The notes under the pieces were generated by a model that was not told where the DNA came from, searched no databases, and was given only the letters and a program-made list of their open reading frames with translations. The translations under genes and the position numbers were made by a program. Below, piece by piece: positions 17,244 to 27,097 of a stretch of 64,000 bases of DNA. Source of the DNA: an uncultured Actinomycetes bacterium (GTDB taxonomy: Bacteria; Actinomycetota; Thermoleophilia; Gaiellales; JAICJC01). Positions within the stretch are counted from its first letter, which is position 1. The number at the start of each line of letters is the position of its first letter. The DNA lies in contig OY969568.1 in assembly GCA_963701125.1 (NCBI GenBank), forward strand, positions 2,895,504-2,959,503, in the 5' to 3' direction.

Positions 17244-17702
17244 CTACGCGGCGACCGCGTCCTCGCGCGCCTCACCCGGCCCCGTTCGGTGCGTCCTCGT
17301 GAGCAGGACGAGCCGGTAGGTGACCCAGACGATCACGATCGCGTTCAGCACGTGCAGCCCTCCCAGCACCGGTGCTGACCCCGCACCGGCGACGCCGAGG
17401 ATGAACTGCAGGATCATGAGACCGAAGAGGCCGCCGCTCAGCTTCGTGGCGGTCGGAGACCAGCGGCCTCCGACCGCCACGAGGGCGATCAGGAGCGCCA
17501 CGAGCACGAGGATCGTGCCCACGATGCCGTGCGGTCCGAAGTTGTTGTCGTTGAACTTCTTGTTGTGAACCGTCTCGAACGCGCCGAGCCCGGCGAGGAA
17601 CAGCTGCAGGACGAGCCCGGCCGCGAAGAGATGCACGAGGCCTGTGTGGATCTTCCGGGTCATGTGTTCGAACGTCTCCTCGTCGTGGGTGGGCGAGGCC
17701 AA
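17244..17702 (-). CDS. integral membrane protein (4 TM, unknown function)
   Basis: 152 aa with four hydrophobic spans. Alternative start at MTRKIH (17663). Confidence 0.5.
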   Translation of the reverse strand: MASPTHDEETFEHMTRKIHTGLVHLFAAGLVLQLFLAGLGAFETVHNKKFNDNNFGPHGIVGTILVLVALLIALVAVGGRWSPTATKLSGGLFGLMILQFILGVAGAGSAPVLGGLHVLNAIVIVWVTYRLVLLTRTHRTGPGEAREDAVAA

Positions 17703-17713
17703 GTCTCGCGCAT

Positions 17714-19213
17714 GTGCGTCCAGGAAACGTTACGGTCCTGCCGGTGAGCCCCGGCCCCGTGATCCTCGCAGTCGATCAGGGCAGCTCGAGCACGCGCTGC
17801 ATCGCCTACGACGTGCGCCTCGAGCCGGTGGCCTCGGCGGTGCGGCGGGTCGAGACATCCCGTCCCGGCCCCGGCATGGTCGAGCACGACCCCGAGGCGC
17901 TGCTCGCGGGCGCGCTCGAGGCGATCGCCGAGGCCCGCGTGGCGGCGGATGCCGAGGTGGCCGGCGTGGGCATCGCGAATCAGACCGAGACGTTCGTGCT
18001 GTGGGAGCGCGACGGCGGCGCGGCGGTGACGCCGCTTGTGAGCTGGCAGGACCAGCGCGCCGAGGAGCTGTGCCGCGCGCTCGCCGGCCGGCCGGGGGCC
18101 CAGCGCGTCGCGGCGGTCACGGGCCTTCCCCTCGACCCCACATTCTCGGCGCCGAAGCTCGCGTGGCTCTTCGGCCGCGACCCGGCGCTGCTCGCCCGCG
18201 CGGAGTCCGGCGAGCTGGCCTTCGGCGACGTCGCCTGCTGGCTTGCCTGGCACCTCTCGGGCGGCGGCGGGCACGTCAGCGAGCCGTCGAACGCCTGCCG
18301 GAGCCTCGTCCTGGACGTCGAGACGATGCGGTGGGACGCCGGCCTGCTCGACCTCTTCGGCGTGCCGGCGGCGCTCCTGCCCCTCGTCCGCGACTCGGAC
18401 GCCTCGGGCCTGCGCACGTCGGCGGCCACCGTTGGGTTCGACGCGCCGATCGCGGCGATGCTCGGCGACCAGCCCGCGGCGCTCTACGGCCAGGGCTGCA
18501 CGCGGCCGCGGATGGCGGCGCTGACCCTCGGCACCGGTGCGTTCGTGTGGCTGAACGCGGGCGCCGAGCGGCCCGATCCGCCCGAGGGCGTACTCGCCAC
18601 CGTCGCCTGGCAGACCGCCCGCGAGGGTCGCACCTATGCGCTCGAGGCGTTCGGCGCGAATGCCGGAAACGCATTGGGGGTTCTGCGCGCGAGCGGCATC
18701 GTCGCCGCCGGCTGGAGCTCGCGCGCGCCCGACTGGAACCGGCCGCACCCGGTCGTCGTCCCGGCGCCGGCCGGCCTCGGCACGCCTCACTGGCACGGAG
18801 CCGACCGCGTCACCGTGGTGAACGCGAGCAGCGCGACGACCGCCGACGACCTGGCCGCCGCGTGGCTCGCCGGTGTCGCCCACCAGATCGCCGATGCGCT
18901 CGAGGCGCAGGCGGCCTCGGGCGGCATCGACGCCCTGCGGGTCGGCGGCGGCCTGGCGGCCGACCGCGTCCTCCTGCAGGCGGTCGCCGACCTCTCGGGG
19001 CTCGTGCTCGAGGTCGCCCGCGATCTCGAGGCGACGGCCCGCGGCATCGCCGCGCTTGCGGCCGCCTCCGCCGGCGTCCTCGATCCCGGCGCCTCGGGGC
19101 ACGCGGTGGCGCACACGGTCGAGCCAAAGCTCGACGCCGCCGGCCGCGCCCGCGAGCGGGCGGCGTGGCGCGACGCCCTCGAGGTGCACGTGCGGCCGCA
19201 GGCACCCGGGTGA
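17714..19213 (+). CDS. glpK: glycerol kinase-like FGGY carbohydrate kinase
   Basis: ILAVDQGSSSTR ... GMVEHDPEAL N-terminal FGGY signature, about 490 aa. Alternative GTG start at 17744. GTGA overlap with glpD. Confidence 0.8.
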   Translation: MRPGNVTVLPVSPGPVILAVDQGSSSTRCIAYDVRLEPVASAVRRVETSRPGPGMVEHDPEALLAGALEAIAEARVAADAEVAGVGIANQTETFVLWERDGGAAVTPLVSWQDQRAEELCRALAGRPGAQRVAAVTGLPLDPTFSAPKLAWLFGRDPALLARAESGELAFGDVACWLAWHLSGGGGHVSEPSNACRSLVLDVETMRWDAGLLDLFGVPAALLPLVRDSDASGLRTSAATVGFDAPIAAMLGDQPAALYGQGCTRPRMAALTLGTGAFVWLNAGAERPDPPEGVLATVAWQTAREGRTYALEAFGANAGNALGVLRASGIVAAGWSSRAPDWNRPHPVVVPAPAGLGTPHWHGADRVTVVNASSATTADDLAAAWLAGVAHQIADALEAQAASGGIDALRVGGGLAADRVLLQAVADLSGLVLEVARDLEATARGIAALAAASAGVLDPGASGHAVAHTVEPKLDAAGRARERAAWRDALEVHVRPQAPG

Positions 19214-20819
19214 GCAGCGGTGTGCTCGGCCCGTCCGCGCGGGCGGAGGCGCTTCGGCGGATGCGCGGCGAGCGGTTCGACCTGCTCGTCGTGGGCGGCG
19301 GGATCACCGGTGTCGGCATCGCCCTGGACGCGGCCACCCGCGGCCTGCGGGTCGCGCTCGTCGAGGCGAACGACATCGCCTCGGGCACGTCCAGCCGCTC
19401 GAGCAAGCTGATCCACGGCGGCCTGCGCTATCTGGAGATGCTCGACTTCGGCCTCGTGCGCGAGGCGCTGCGCGAGCGGCGGCTGCTGCTCACCCGCCTG
19501 GCGCCGCATCTGGTGCGGCCCGTCCCGTTCCTGTTTCCGCTGCGCCACCGCGGCTGGGAGCGGCCGTACATGGGCGCCGGGCTGCTGCTCTACGACAGCA
19601 TGGGCGGCGCCCGCCACCTGCCTCGCGCGCGGCACCTGTCCAAGGCCGCGGCGCTGCGATCGGCGCCGGCGCTTCGACCGGACTCGCTCGTCGGCGCTGT
19701 GCGGTTCCACGACGCCCAGGAGGACGATGCCCGCTTCGCCGTCTACGTGGCGCGGACGGCCGCCGCCCACGGCGCTTCGATCGCCACCCGGGCCACGCTC
19801 ACCGCGTTCGTGCGCGACGAGGGCGGGCGCATCGCCGGCGCGGAGGTTCGCTGCGGCGAGGAGACGATCGCGGTGCGTGCCCGCCACACCGTGGCCGCCG
19901 TCGGCGTCGCCACCGACCGCGTGCTTGGGCTTGCGACCGGGCACGCCCACCACGAGCTGCGCCCGTCGAAGGGCATCCACCTGCTCGTCCCCAGGGACTG
20001 CATCCCGATGCGCACGGGCCTCTTCATGCGCACCGAGAAGAGCATCTTCCACGCGATCCCGTGGGGCGAGGATCACTGGCTGCTGGGCGACACCGACACC
20101 GAGTGGGACGGCGAGCCCGATGCCCCCGTGGCCAACCGCGCCGACATCGAGTACGTGCTCGGCAAGGTGAACAGCGTCCTTCGCAGCCCGGTGCGCGCCG
20201 ATCGGGTCTGCGGCGTCTATCGCCGGCCTGCGCCCGCTCGTCGCGGCCGCGGGCGCGGCCGCGACCACGCGGCTCTCGCGCGAGCACCGGCTGTTCGCAC
20301 CCGCGCCCGGCCTGACCGCGATCGCCGGCGGCAAGTACACCACCTACCGTGTGATGGCCCGCGATGCCGTCGACGCCGCCGCGCGCGACCTCGGCGGCGC
20401 GGTGCCCCCGTCGCGCACGCAGGACGTGCCGCTGCTCGGCGCCGGCGGCGACGGCGCCGAGGCGGAGCTCGCGGCGCTCGCCGCGGCGGAGCCCGAGCTC
20501 GCCCGCCCGCTCGCCGGCGCCGGACATCACGCCGCCGCCCGGGTCGTGCACGCGTGCACGCACGAGGGGGCGCTCGACCTCGACGACGTCCTCTCACGCC
20601 GCCTGCGCGTCTCGATCGAGGTGCCCGACCGCGGCCGCGCCGCCGCCGCCGCGGCCGCGCCGCTCGTCGCCCCGGTGCTCGGCTGGTCGGACGGTGCGCG
20701 CGGCCGACGAGGTCGCGCGCTACGTGCGTCTGCGCGATGCCGAGGCCGCGGCCGAGGCGGCTCCCGATGACACCACCGCGCGGGAGCGGTACCGTGCCGT
20801 GCTCGAAGGGAGCGCGTGA
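19210..20819 (+). pseudogene. glpD: glycerol-3-phosphate dehydrogenase GlpD, frame-disrupted (2 apparent +1 shifts near 20221 and 20692)
   Basis: FDLLVVGGGITGVGIALDAATRG ... SSRSSKLIHGGLRYLE in one frame. Continuation AGLRPLV...GGKYTTYRVMARDAVD in frame +1. C-terminus VRAADEVARYVRLRD...EGSA* in the next frame. Confidence 0.85.
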
Positions 20820-20895
20820 CGGCGAGCCTCGCAATCGACGGATTCGACCACCCGACCGTGCCGGTCGGCGCGTCGACCCGCGCCGGAGCGGCGGC

Positions 20896-21087
20896 GTGAG
20901 GCGGTTCTTCGCCTACATCCAGGCCAACCCGCTGGCCGTCTCGGCACCGTGCTTCCTGATCGTGATCGTGAACCTGACCCAGGGCGTGCGCAGCTGGTTC
21001 GGGCTCACGTTCGTGACGGTGTGGTTCGTGGGATCGCTCGCGTTCCACATCCGCCGCCGGCGCCGCGGCGGCCCCTGGTTCGTGTGA
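20896..21087 (+). CDS. small membrane protein (hypothetical)
   Basis: 63 aa from a GTG. Two hydrophobic spans (LAVSAPCFLIVIVNL, GLTFVTVWFVGSLAF). Weak evidence. Confidence 0.3.
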   Translation: MRRFFAYIQANPLAVSAPCFLIVIVNLTQGVRSWFGLTFVTVWFVGSLAFHIRRRRRGGPWFV

Positions 21088-21153
21088 TCAGCAGTCACCG
21101 ATCCGACACCGCTTCGTGACACGATCGCAACGGCCGGCTCCTATGCTGGTCTC

Positions 21154-21723
21154 ATGGATATCCCCACCAGGAGGCGGTCAATGTACGCGTTGCGAGGTCG
21201 ACGGGCCACGAGGCTCGCGGTGGTGCTTGTGGCGGTGGCCGGAGTCGGCGCCGCGGGAGCGGCGGCCGCACACGCGTCCGCGGCATCGGCGGCGAGCACG
21301 CCGCGCTGCCGGCTCAAGCAGTTGTCGCTCGCGGCCCCGAAGATGAACGGCGCCGCCGGCACCATCCGGCTGCGCTTCGTCTTCACCAACACCGGCGGCT
21401 CGACGTGCAAGCTCTTCGGTTTCCCCGGGATGCAGATGCTGAACAAGAACCACAACCCGATCCCGACGCACGTGCACCGAGGCACGGGCCACAACGTCCC
21501 GCCGGAGCCCGAGGCCGACGTCGTCATGACCCCCGGCCAGCATGGCTCCTTCTACGCCGGCTACTCCGACGTCCCCAACGGGAACGCGACGTGCCGGACA
21601 TCGGCGTTCGTCGAGGTGACGCCGCCGAACGACTTCAACCACTTCACTCAGAAGCTCGCGATCACGACGTGCGGCGGCAACATCACCGTCTCGCCCGTCG
21701 TGCACGGAAGGCTGCCGGTCTAG
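21154..21723 (+). CDS. secreted protein, DUF4232-like
   Basis: 189 aa. Signal peptide, then a C..(L)SL....NGAAGT....F.F.N.G...C.L.G.PG pattern typical of DUF4232-type proteins. From memory. Confidence 0.55.
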   Translation: MDIPTRRRSMYALRGRRATRLAVVLVAVAGVGAAGAAAAHASAASAASTPRCRLKQLSLAAPKMNGAAGTIRLRFVFTNTGGSTCKLFGFPGMQMLNKNHNPIPTHVHRGTGHNVPPEPEADVVMTPGQHGSFYAGYSDVPNGNATCRTSAFVEVTPPNDFNHFTQKLAITTCGGNITVSPVVHGRLPV

Positions 21724-21726
21724 AGG

Positions 21727-22912
21727 CTACGCCCGCGCGCCTGGCCCATAGGCCAGGCGCAGCAGGCGGCCCTGGGCGAAGCGCTCGGCGCGCAGGGGCG
21801 GACGTCGATCGGCGGCTGCCGGTCCGGTGACCTCGGCCGCAACCACCTCGCCGACGGCGGGCGAGAGCTTGAAGCCGTGCCCGCTCCAGCCGACGGCCAG
21901 GTAGAGGCCCTCGATCCCGGGGCACGGGCCGATGATCGGGTTCCAGTCGGGCGTGACGTCGTAGGGGCCGGCGAAGGCGCGTTCGATCGCGAAGTCGGCC
22001 AGGCGCGGGTAGCGCTCGCCGACCGAGCGGCGCGGACGACATCGGCGTAGCCCGGCGACGCGGCATGGTCGCAGTCGTCGGCGCGCGTCGAGCGGATCCT
22101 GGCCCCGCGTAGGCGACCGCGCAGAAGCGGCGGCCGCGGTCGGGGCGCACGACCACGTTCGAGACGGCGTCCGAGCAGACCGCCGAGGGCAGCGGCCCGC
22201 CGGGCTCGCGGCGGGCGACGAGCACCTGGAGCCGGCGCAGCTCGATCGGCTGCTCGGCGCCGAGCGGCTCGCAGCAGGTCGTTCGCCCACGCGCCGAGTC
22301 GCGAGCACGACCGGCCGGCCGCCGTGAACCGCGGTCGGTCTCGACGCCGGTGACCCGCCCGTCCTCGACCCGCAGCCCGCGACACCGTGCAGCCGAGCCT
22401 GTGCGCCAGGCCGCGCGACGGCGGCGGCGGCGAACCAGCCCAGGCACATCTTCTGCGCGTCGGCGAACCCGCCCTCGGGCTCGTACGCCGCGCCCGCGAC
22501 TCCGTCGAGCGACAGCTCCGGCTCGACCTCGCCGATCTCGCCCGGCGCCGAGGAAGCGCGTCTGCAGGCCGAGCTCCTGCAGCACGTGCGACGTTGTCGC
22601 GGCAGGCGGCCTCGAGCCGCTCGGGCACGGTCAGCAGGTAGCCGCAGCGGACGTAGCCGGCGTCGGCCACGCCGACCTCGTCCTCCCAGTTTGCGATCGT
22701 GCGCGTGCCCTCCATCGCCAGCCGTGCCGTGACGGCGTTGGAGTAGTGGCGCCGCACCATCGAGAACGAGCGGCCGGAGTCGACCGTCGCCCGGCGCGCT
22801 CGCGGTCGAACAGCGCCACGCCGCGCCTGGCCGTCGCGGTCAGAGGGCGTGGGCGGTGGCAAGGCCGGTGATACCGGCGCCGACGATTGCCGATGTCGGC
22901 GGCGCCGCTCAC
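21727..22912 (-). pseudogene. FAD-dependent oxidoreductase (DAO / sarcosine-oxidase-beta-like), heavily frame-disrupted (~14 shifts)
   Basis: Pieces across all three minus frames join into one protein: VSGAADI|AIVGAGITGLATAHAL|...GVALFDRERAG|...GRSFSMVRRHYSN...ACRDNV|LQELGLQTRFLG|GEIGEVEPEL...KMCLGWFAAAA|...|GLRVEDGRVTGVETDRG|...|PLGAEQPIEL...|...YPRLADFAIERAFAGPYDVTPDWNPIIG...WSGHGFKLSPAVGE. Confidence 0.75.
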
Positions 22913-22938
22913 GCGGCAACGCTACACCCTGCCCGCTC

Positions 22939-22968
22939 GGCCTGTCCCCGAGGGACAGCCCCGATTCT
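22939..22968. repeat. palindromic element copy 2 (CCTGTCCCCGAGGGACAGCCCCGATTCT)
   Basis: The TGTCCC-CGA-GGGACA inverted repeat plus the CCCCGATTCT tail matches the right half of copy 1 (9696-9716). Lies in the divergent region between the oxidoreductase and the BMC operon. Confidence 0.6.
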
Positions 22969-23007
22969 GGACCTCGACCCGGACCATTGTCCAAATAGTT
23001 GCGTTTT

Positions 23008-23032
23008 GGTCTGGTATTCGGTACGGTCTGAC
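23008..23032 (+). promoter_or_regulatory. candidate operator region: direct GGTCTG repeats / GGTCTGAC box in the AT-richer BMC control region
   Basis: TTTTGGTCTGGTATTCGGTACGGTCTGACAC read directly, 10 nt upstream of the ATG at 23042. GTCTGAC recurs at 32998-33004 and 35401-35407. The GGTCT half-site is reminiscent of HutC-type (DasR-like) boxes. Confidence 0.3.
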
Positions 23033-23041
23033 ACGACGCCC

Positions 23042-24337
23042 ATGTACGACTACGGCTTCTTCTCCTACGAGTCGAAGGACGACTTCCTCGACCGGTCGCG
23101 GGAGTTCTGGAACCCCGACAAGACCGACTTCTGGCAGGACGCCGGCGTCGACCTCGTCATCGATCGCCGCGAGGGCTACTTCTTCTGGGACATGGCCGGC
23201 CGCCGCCTGATCGACCTGCACCTGAACGGCGGCACCTACAACCTCGGCCACCGCAATCCCGAGCTGATCGCGACGATTGAGCAGGCGATGCAGCGCTTCG
23301 ACATCGGCAACCACCACTTCCCGGCGCTCGCGCGCACCGCGCTGGCCGAGGCGCTCGTGAAGACCTGCCCGCCCGAACATGCGCCGCGTCGATCTACGGC
23401 GCGGGCGGCGGCGAGGCGACCGACATCGCGATCAAGACCGCCCGCCACACCCGCCAGCGGCGCAAGATCGTCTCGATCCTGAAGGGCTACCACGGCCACA
23501 CCGGCCTCGCGGTCGCGTCCGGCGACGACCGCTTCTCGAAGCTCTTCCTGTCCGATCGTCCCGACGAGTTCGTCCAGGTGCCGTTCAACGACCTCGACGC
23601 GATGGAGGCGGCGCTGCGCGACGGCGACGTCGCGGCGGTGCTGCTCGAGACGATCCCGGCCACCTACGGCTTCCCGCTGCCGCTGCCCGGCTACCTGCAG
23701 GGCGTGAAGCGGCTCTGCGAGCGCTATCGGCGCCCTCTACATCGCCGACGAGGTGCAGACCGGCCTGATGCGCACGGGCGAGATGTGGGGCATCACCAAG
23801 GCCGGCGTCGAGCCCGACATCATGGTCATCGGCAAGGGCATCACCGGCGGCATGTACCCGATCTCGTGCGTCGTCGTGTCGGAGGAGTGCTCGGCCTGGC
23901 TCAAGGAGGACGGCTTCGGCCACATCTCGACCGGCGGCGGCGCCGAGCTCGGCTGCATCGTCGCGCTCAAGGTGCTCGAGATCTGCGGCAGGCCCGAGGT
24001 GCGCTCGATGGTGCACTACATCTCCGACCGCTTCGGGCGCGGGCTGCGCGCGATCCAGGAGCTCTACCCGGACTGGTTCGTCGGCATCCGCCAGGACGGC
24101 GTCGTCATGGGCCTCGAGTTCGACCATCCGCAGGGCGCGAAGGTCGTCATGAAGCACCTGTACGAGAACGGCGTGTGGGCGATCTTCTCGACGCTCGACC
24201 CGCGCGTGCTCCAGTTCAAGCCGGGCATCCTGCTCGGCCCCGAGCTCGTCGACGAGGTGCTCGACCGCACCGAGGTCTCGATCGGCCAGGCGCTGCACGA
24301 GCTGCGCGGCGACCGCCCCGCGGTGGGGGCGCGATGA
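23042..24337 (+). pseudogene. class-III aminotransferase-fold enzyme (RMM-type amino-alcohol-phosphate phospholyase candidate), frame-disrupted (~3 shifts: ~23375, ~23391, ~23728)
   Basis: MYDYGFFSYESKDDFLDRSREFW...HLNGGTYNLGHRNPE...|NMRRV|IYGAGGGEATDIAIKTAR...YHGHTG...LLETIPATYGFPLP..YL..V..LCERY|GALYIADEVQTGLMRTGEMWG...VIGKGITGG. GKG is the PLP-lysine region. Confidence 0.85.
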
Positions 24338-25844
24338 GCGCCGCGGCGCCCGAGCCGGCCGGCGTCCCGCGCGCGCGGATGATGCTCCAGCGCGCCCACT
24401 GGGCGGCGACGGCGTTCGCCGGCTACGACCACGAGCGCACGCATCGGATCGTCGATCGCCGTCGCCGAGGAGGCATACCAAAACGCCCAAAGGTATGCCG
24501 AGTGGGCGGTGCGCGAGACCGGCATGGGCATCGTCGACCACAAGCGGCGCAAGAACGAGGCCTGCTCGAAGGGCCTGCTCGAGTGGTACGGCGGCGGCGA
24601 CTACGTGAGCGCGCGTATCGATCCGGAGGCGCGCATCGTCGAGCTGCCGCGGCCCGCCGGCGTCGTGCTCGCCCTGACGCCTTCGACGAACCCGATCGCG
24701 ACCGTCTACTTCAAGGTGCTGCTGGCGCTGATGACCCGAAACGCGGTCGTCGTCAGCCCGCATCCGCTCGCCCGCGAGGTGTCGCGCCGACGCCGCTCAC
24801 CTGCTCGCCCGGGCGGCCGTCGAGGCCGGCGCGCCCGACGGCTGCGTGCAGGTGGTCGAGGAGCCGACGATCCCGCTGATCGAGGCGCTGATGAGCGACC
24901 CGACCACCGACGTCATCCTCGCCACCGGCGGCGTCGCGGTCGTGCGCGCCGCCTACCGCTCGGGCAACCCGGCGATCGGCGTCGGGCCCGGCAACGTGCC
25001 CTGCCTCGTCGACCACACCGCCGACCTGGCCGCCGCCGCGGAGCGGCTGATGGACTCGAAGAGCTTCGACAACTCGATCCTGTGCACGAACGAGTCGTGC
25101 GTCATCGTCGAGGAGCGCTGCGCCGACGCGTTCGAGCGCGAGCTCGGCCGCCACGGCGGCCATGTGCTCTCGCCGGACGACGTACCGACGGTGCGCGAGA
25201 AGCTCTACCCCGACGGACGGCTGCGGATCGAGCTGATCGGCAAGGACGGCCGGCGCTCGCCGCCGAAGCCGGGATCCGGGTTCCGCCGAAGACGCGCGTG
25301 CTCGTGGCGCCGTTCGCGCTCGTCGTGCCCGAGGAGCCGCTGGCGCGCGAGAAGATGTTCCCGCTGCTCGGGCTCGTGCGCGTGCCCGACGCGCGCCGCG
25401 GCATCGACGCCGCCTGCGCCATGCTGCGGATCGGCGGCGCCGGGTCACTCGGCCGTGATCCACTCCCGCGATCCGCGCACGATCATGGCCTACGGGGCCG
25501 CCGTGAAGGTGCTGCGGGTGGCGGTGAACGTCGGCGGGAGCACCGGCTCGGCCGGCATCGACACGAACCTCGCCCCGACGATGACGATCGGCACCGGGTT
25601 CTACGGCCGCTCGTCGCTGGGCGAGAACCTGGAGCCGCGCCACCTGATCAACCTGACCCGGGTGGCGTACACGAACGACCCGTCCGAGCCGTTCGGCGAC
25701 TTCACCGGCCTCGAGCCGTGGAGCCGCCGCGCCGAGCCGCCGAGCCCGTCGCGGCGCGGCGCCCTGTCCGCCGACGCCGCGGACGCGCGCGACGAGATCC
25801 GCCGGATCGTGCTCGAGGAGCTGCGGGAGCTGGTGAAGCGCTGA
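24334..25844 (+). pseudogene. CoA-acylating aldehyde dehydrogenase (EutE/PduP-like) with C-terminal encapsulation-peptide-like helix, frame-disrupted (~4 shifts: ~24457, ~24785, ~25248, ~25445)
   Basis: AVRETGMGIVDHKRRKNE ... LALTPSTNPIATVYFKVL ... ILATGG..VV.AAY.SG.PAIGVGPGN ... SFDNSILCTNES (catalytic Cys region) ... GGSTGSAGIDTNLAPTMTIGTG. Tail: PPSPSRRG linker followed by [21 protein letters not shown]. Confidence 0.85.
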
Positions 25845-26452
25845 TGGCAGAGCTCCGGTCATTCATCTTCATCGACCAGCTGCAGCCGCAGACCATGTGC
25901 TACCTGGGCACCTGGATCCGCGGCCGGCTGCCGCGCACGAACATGGCCGCGCAGATCATCGAGATCGCGCCCGGCCTCGACATCGAGCCGCTGACCGACG
26001 TGGCGCTCAAGTCGACCGAGGTGCAGGCCGGCATCCTGGTCGTCGAGCGCCAGTTCGGCTACCTCGAGATCCACTCGCGCTCGACCGCCGAGGTGCACGC
26101 GGCGAGCGCCGCCGTGCTGGCCGCGCTCGGCGCCACGGCCGAGGACGCCACCCGGCCGCAGATCCTGGCGTCGGAGATGATCACCCGAACCTCGACCACC
26201 AGCACGCGTTCCTGATCAACCGCAACAAGCTCGGGTCGATGGCGCTGCCCGGCGAGTCGCTCTTCGTGCTCGAGATGCAGCCGGCGTCCTACGCGATCCT
26301 GGCGACGAACGAGGCCGAGAAGGCCGCCAACATCAAGGTGGTCGACTACCGCATGATCGGCGCCACCGGCCGCGTCTACCTGACCGGCATGGAGGCCGAC
26401 GTGCGCACCGCCGGCGACGCCGCGGTCGGCGGCGCTGGGAGGGGCGGTATGA
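25844..26452 (+). pseudogene. tandem BMC-domain shell protein (BMC-T-like) paralogue 1, frame-disrupted (~2 shifts: ~26187, ~26425)
   Basis: Two BMC-like halves: [40 protein letters not shown] and [47 protein letters not shown] junction with the ALDH gene. Restoring the frame gives a TGA overlapping the next ATG. Paralogue of 27678-28336. Confidence 0.7.
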
Positions 26453-27097
26453 GCACGCCCGACGACGCCGAGCTGCTGCGCAGCGTCACCCGCGAGGTGC
26501 TGGCCGACCTGCTGCCGGAGCTCCTGTCCGAGGCGCTGACTGCCAACGTCAATGGCCACAATGCTGCGAATGGGGACAGTCCCCATCCGGGGGCTGTCCC
26601 CGCTTCTCTGCCGCCGTCGACGCCAGGTGCCATCCCCCAGGTGCCGGGGCCGCCGATCGCCGCCGTGCACCGGCCGTCGGGCTGGCGTCCGCCGGCCGAG
26701 TCGGACACGACGACGACGCCGCCCCCCGCGGCCGCGGCGGCCTCCTGCGGCCCCGGATGCGACGGTCGAGCGGGTCGACCTGCGCAGCGACGCCGACCTC
26801 GACGCCTTCGTGCGCTCGCTGGTGCGGCGGCTCGAGAACCCGCGCGACCGCATGGCGATCCGCTCGGGCAAGCTGCGCTTCCGGCTTGCGTGCGACCGCC
26901 GCGGGTACGACCGGCCGCGCCGTCTTCGGCGCCCGTCATGCGGGTCGAGCAGCGGCGCCGTCACCGAGCGCACCGTGCGCGATGCGGCCGCCTCGGGCGC
27001 GCGGCTCGTGCTGGCCCGGCGGGCGGTGCTGACGCCGATGGCGCGCGATCGCGCGCGCAGCCTGGGAGTCGAGATCGAGAAGGAGCGGCCATGCTGA
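26449..27097 (+). pseudogene. BMC-associated protein of unknown function with N-terminal encapsulation-peptide-like helix, frame-disrupted (~4 +1 shifts)
   Basis: [30 protein letters not shown] (amphipathic), then a ~60-aa Pro/Ala/Thr linker, then [44 protein letters not shown]|...|VMRVEQ|[44 protein letters not shown]. Confidence 0.5.
26572..26609. repeat. palindromic element copy 3 (GGGGACAGTCCCC-ATCC-GGGGGCTGTCCCC-GCTTCTCT), in-frame inside the linker of the 26449 gene
   Basis: Read directly. The arms are 12/13 complementary. Translated as [12 protein letters not shown] within the Pro-rich linker. Confidence 0.7.
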
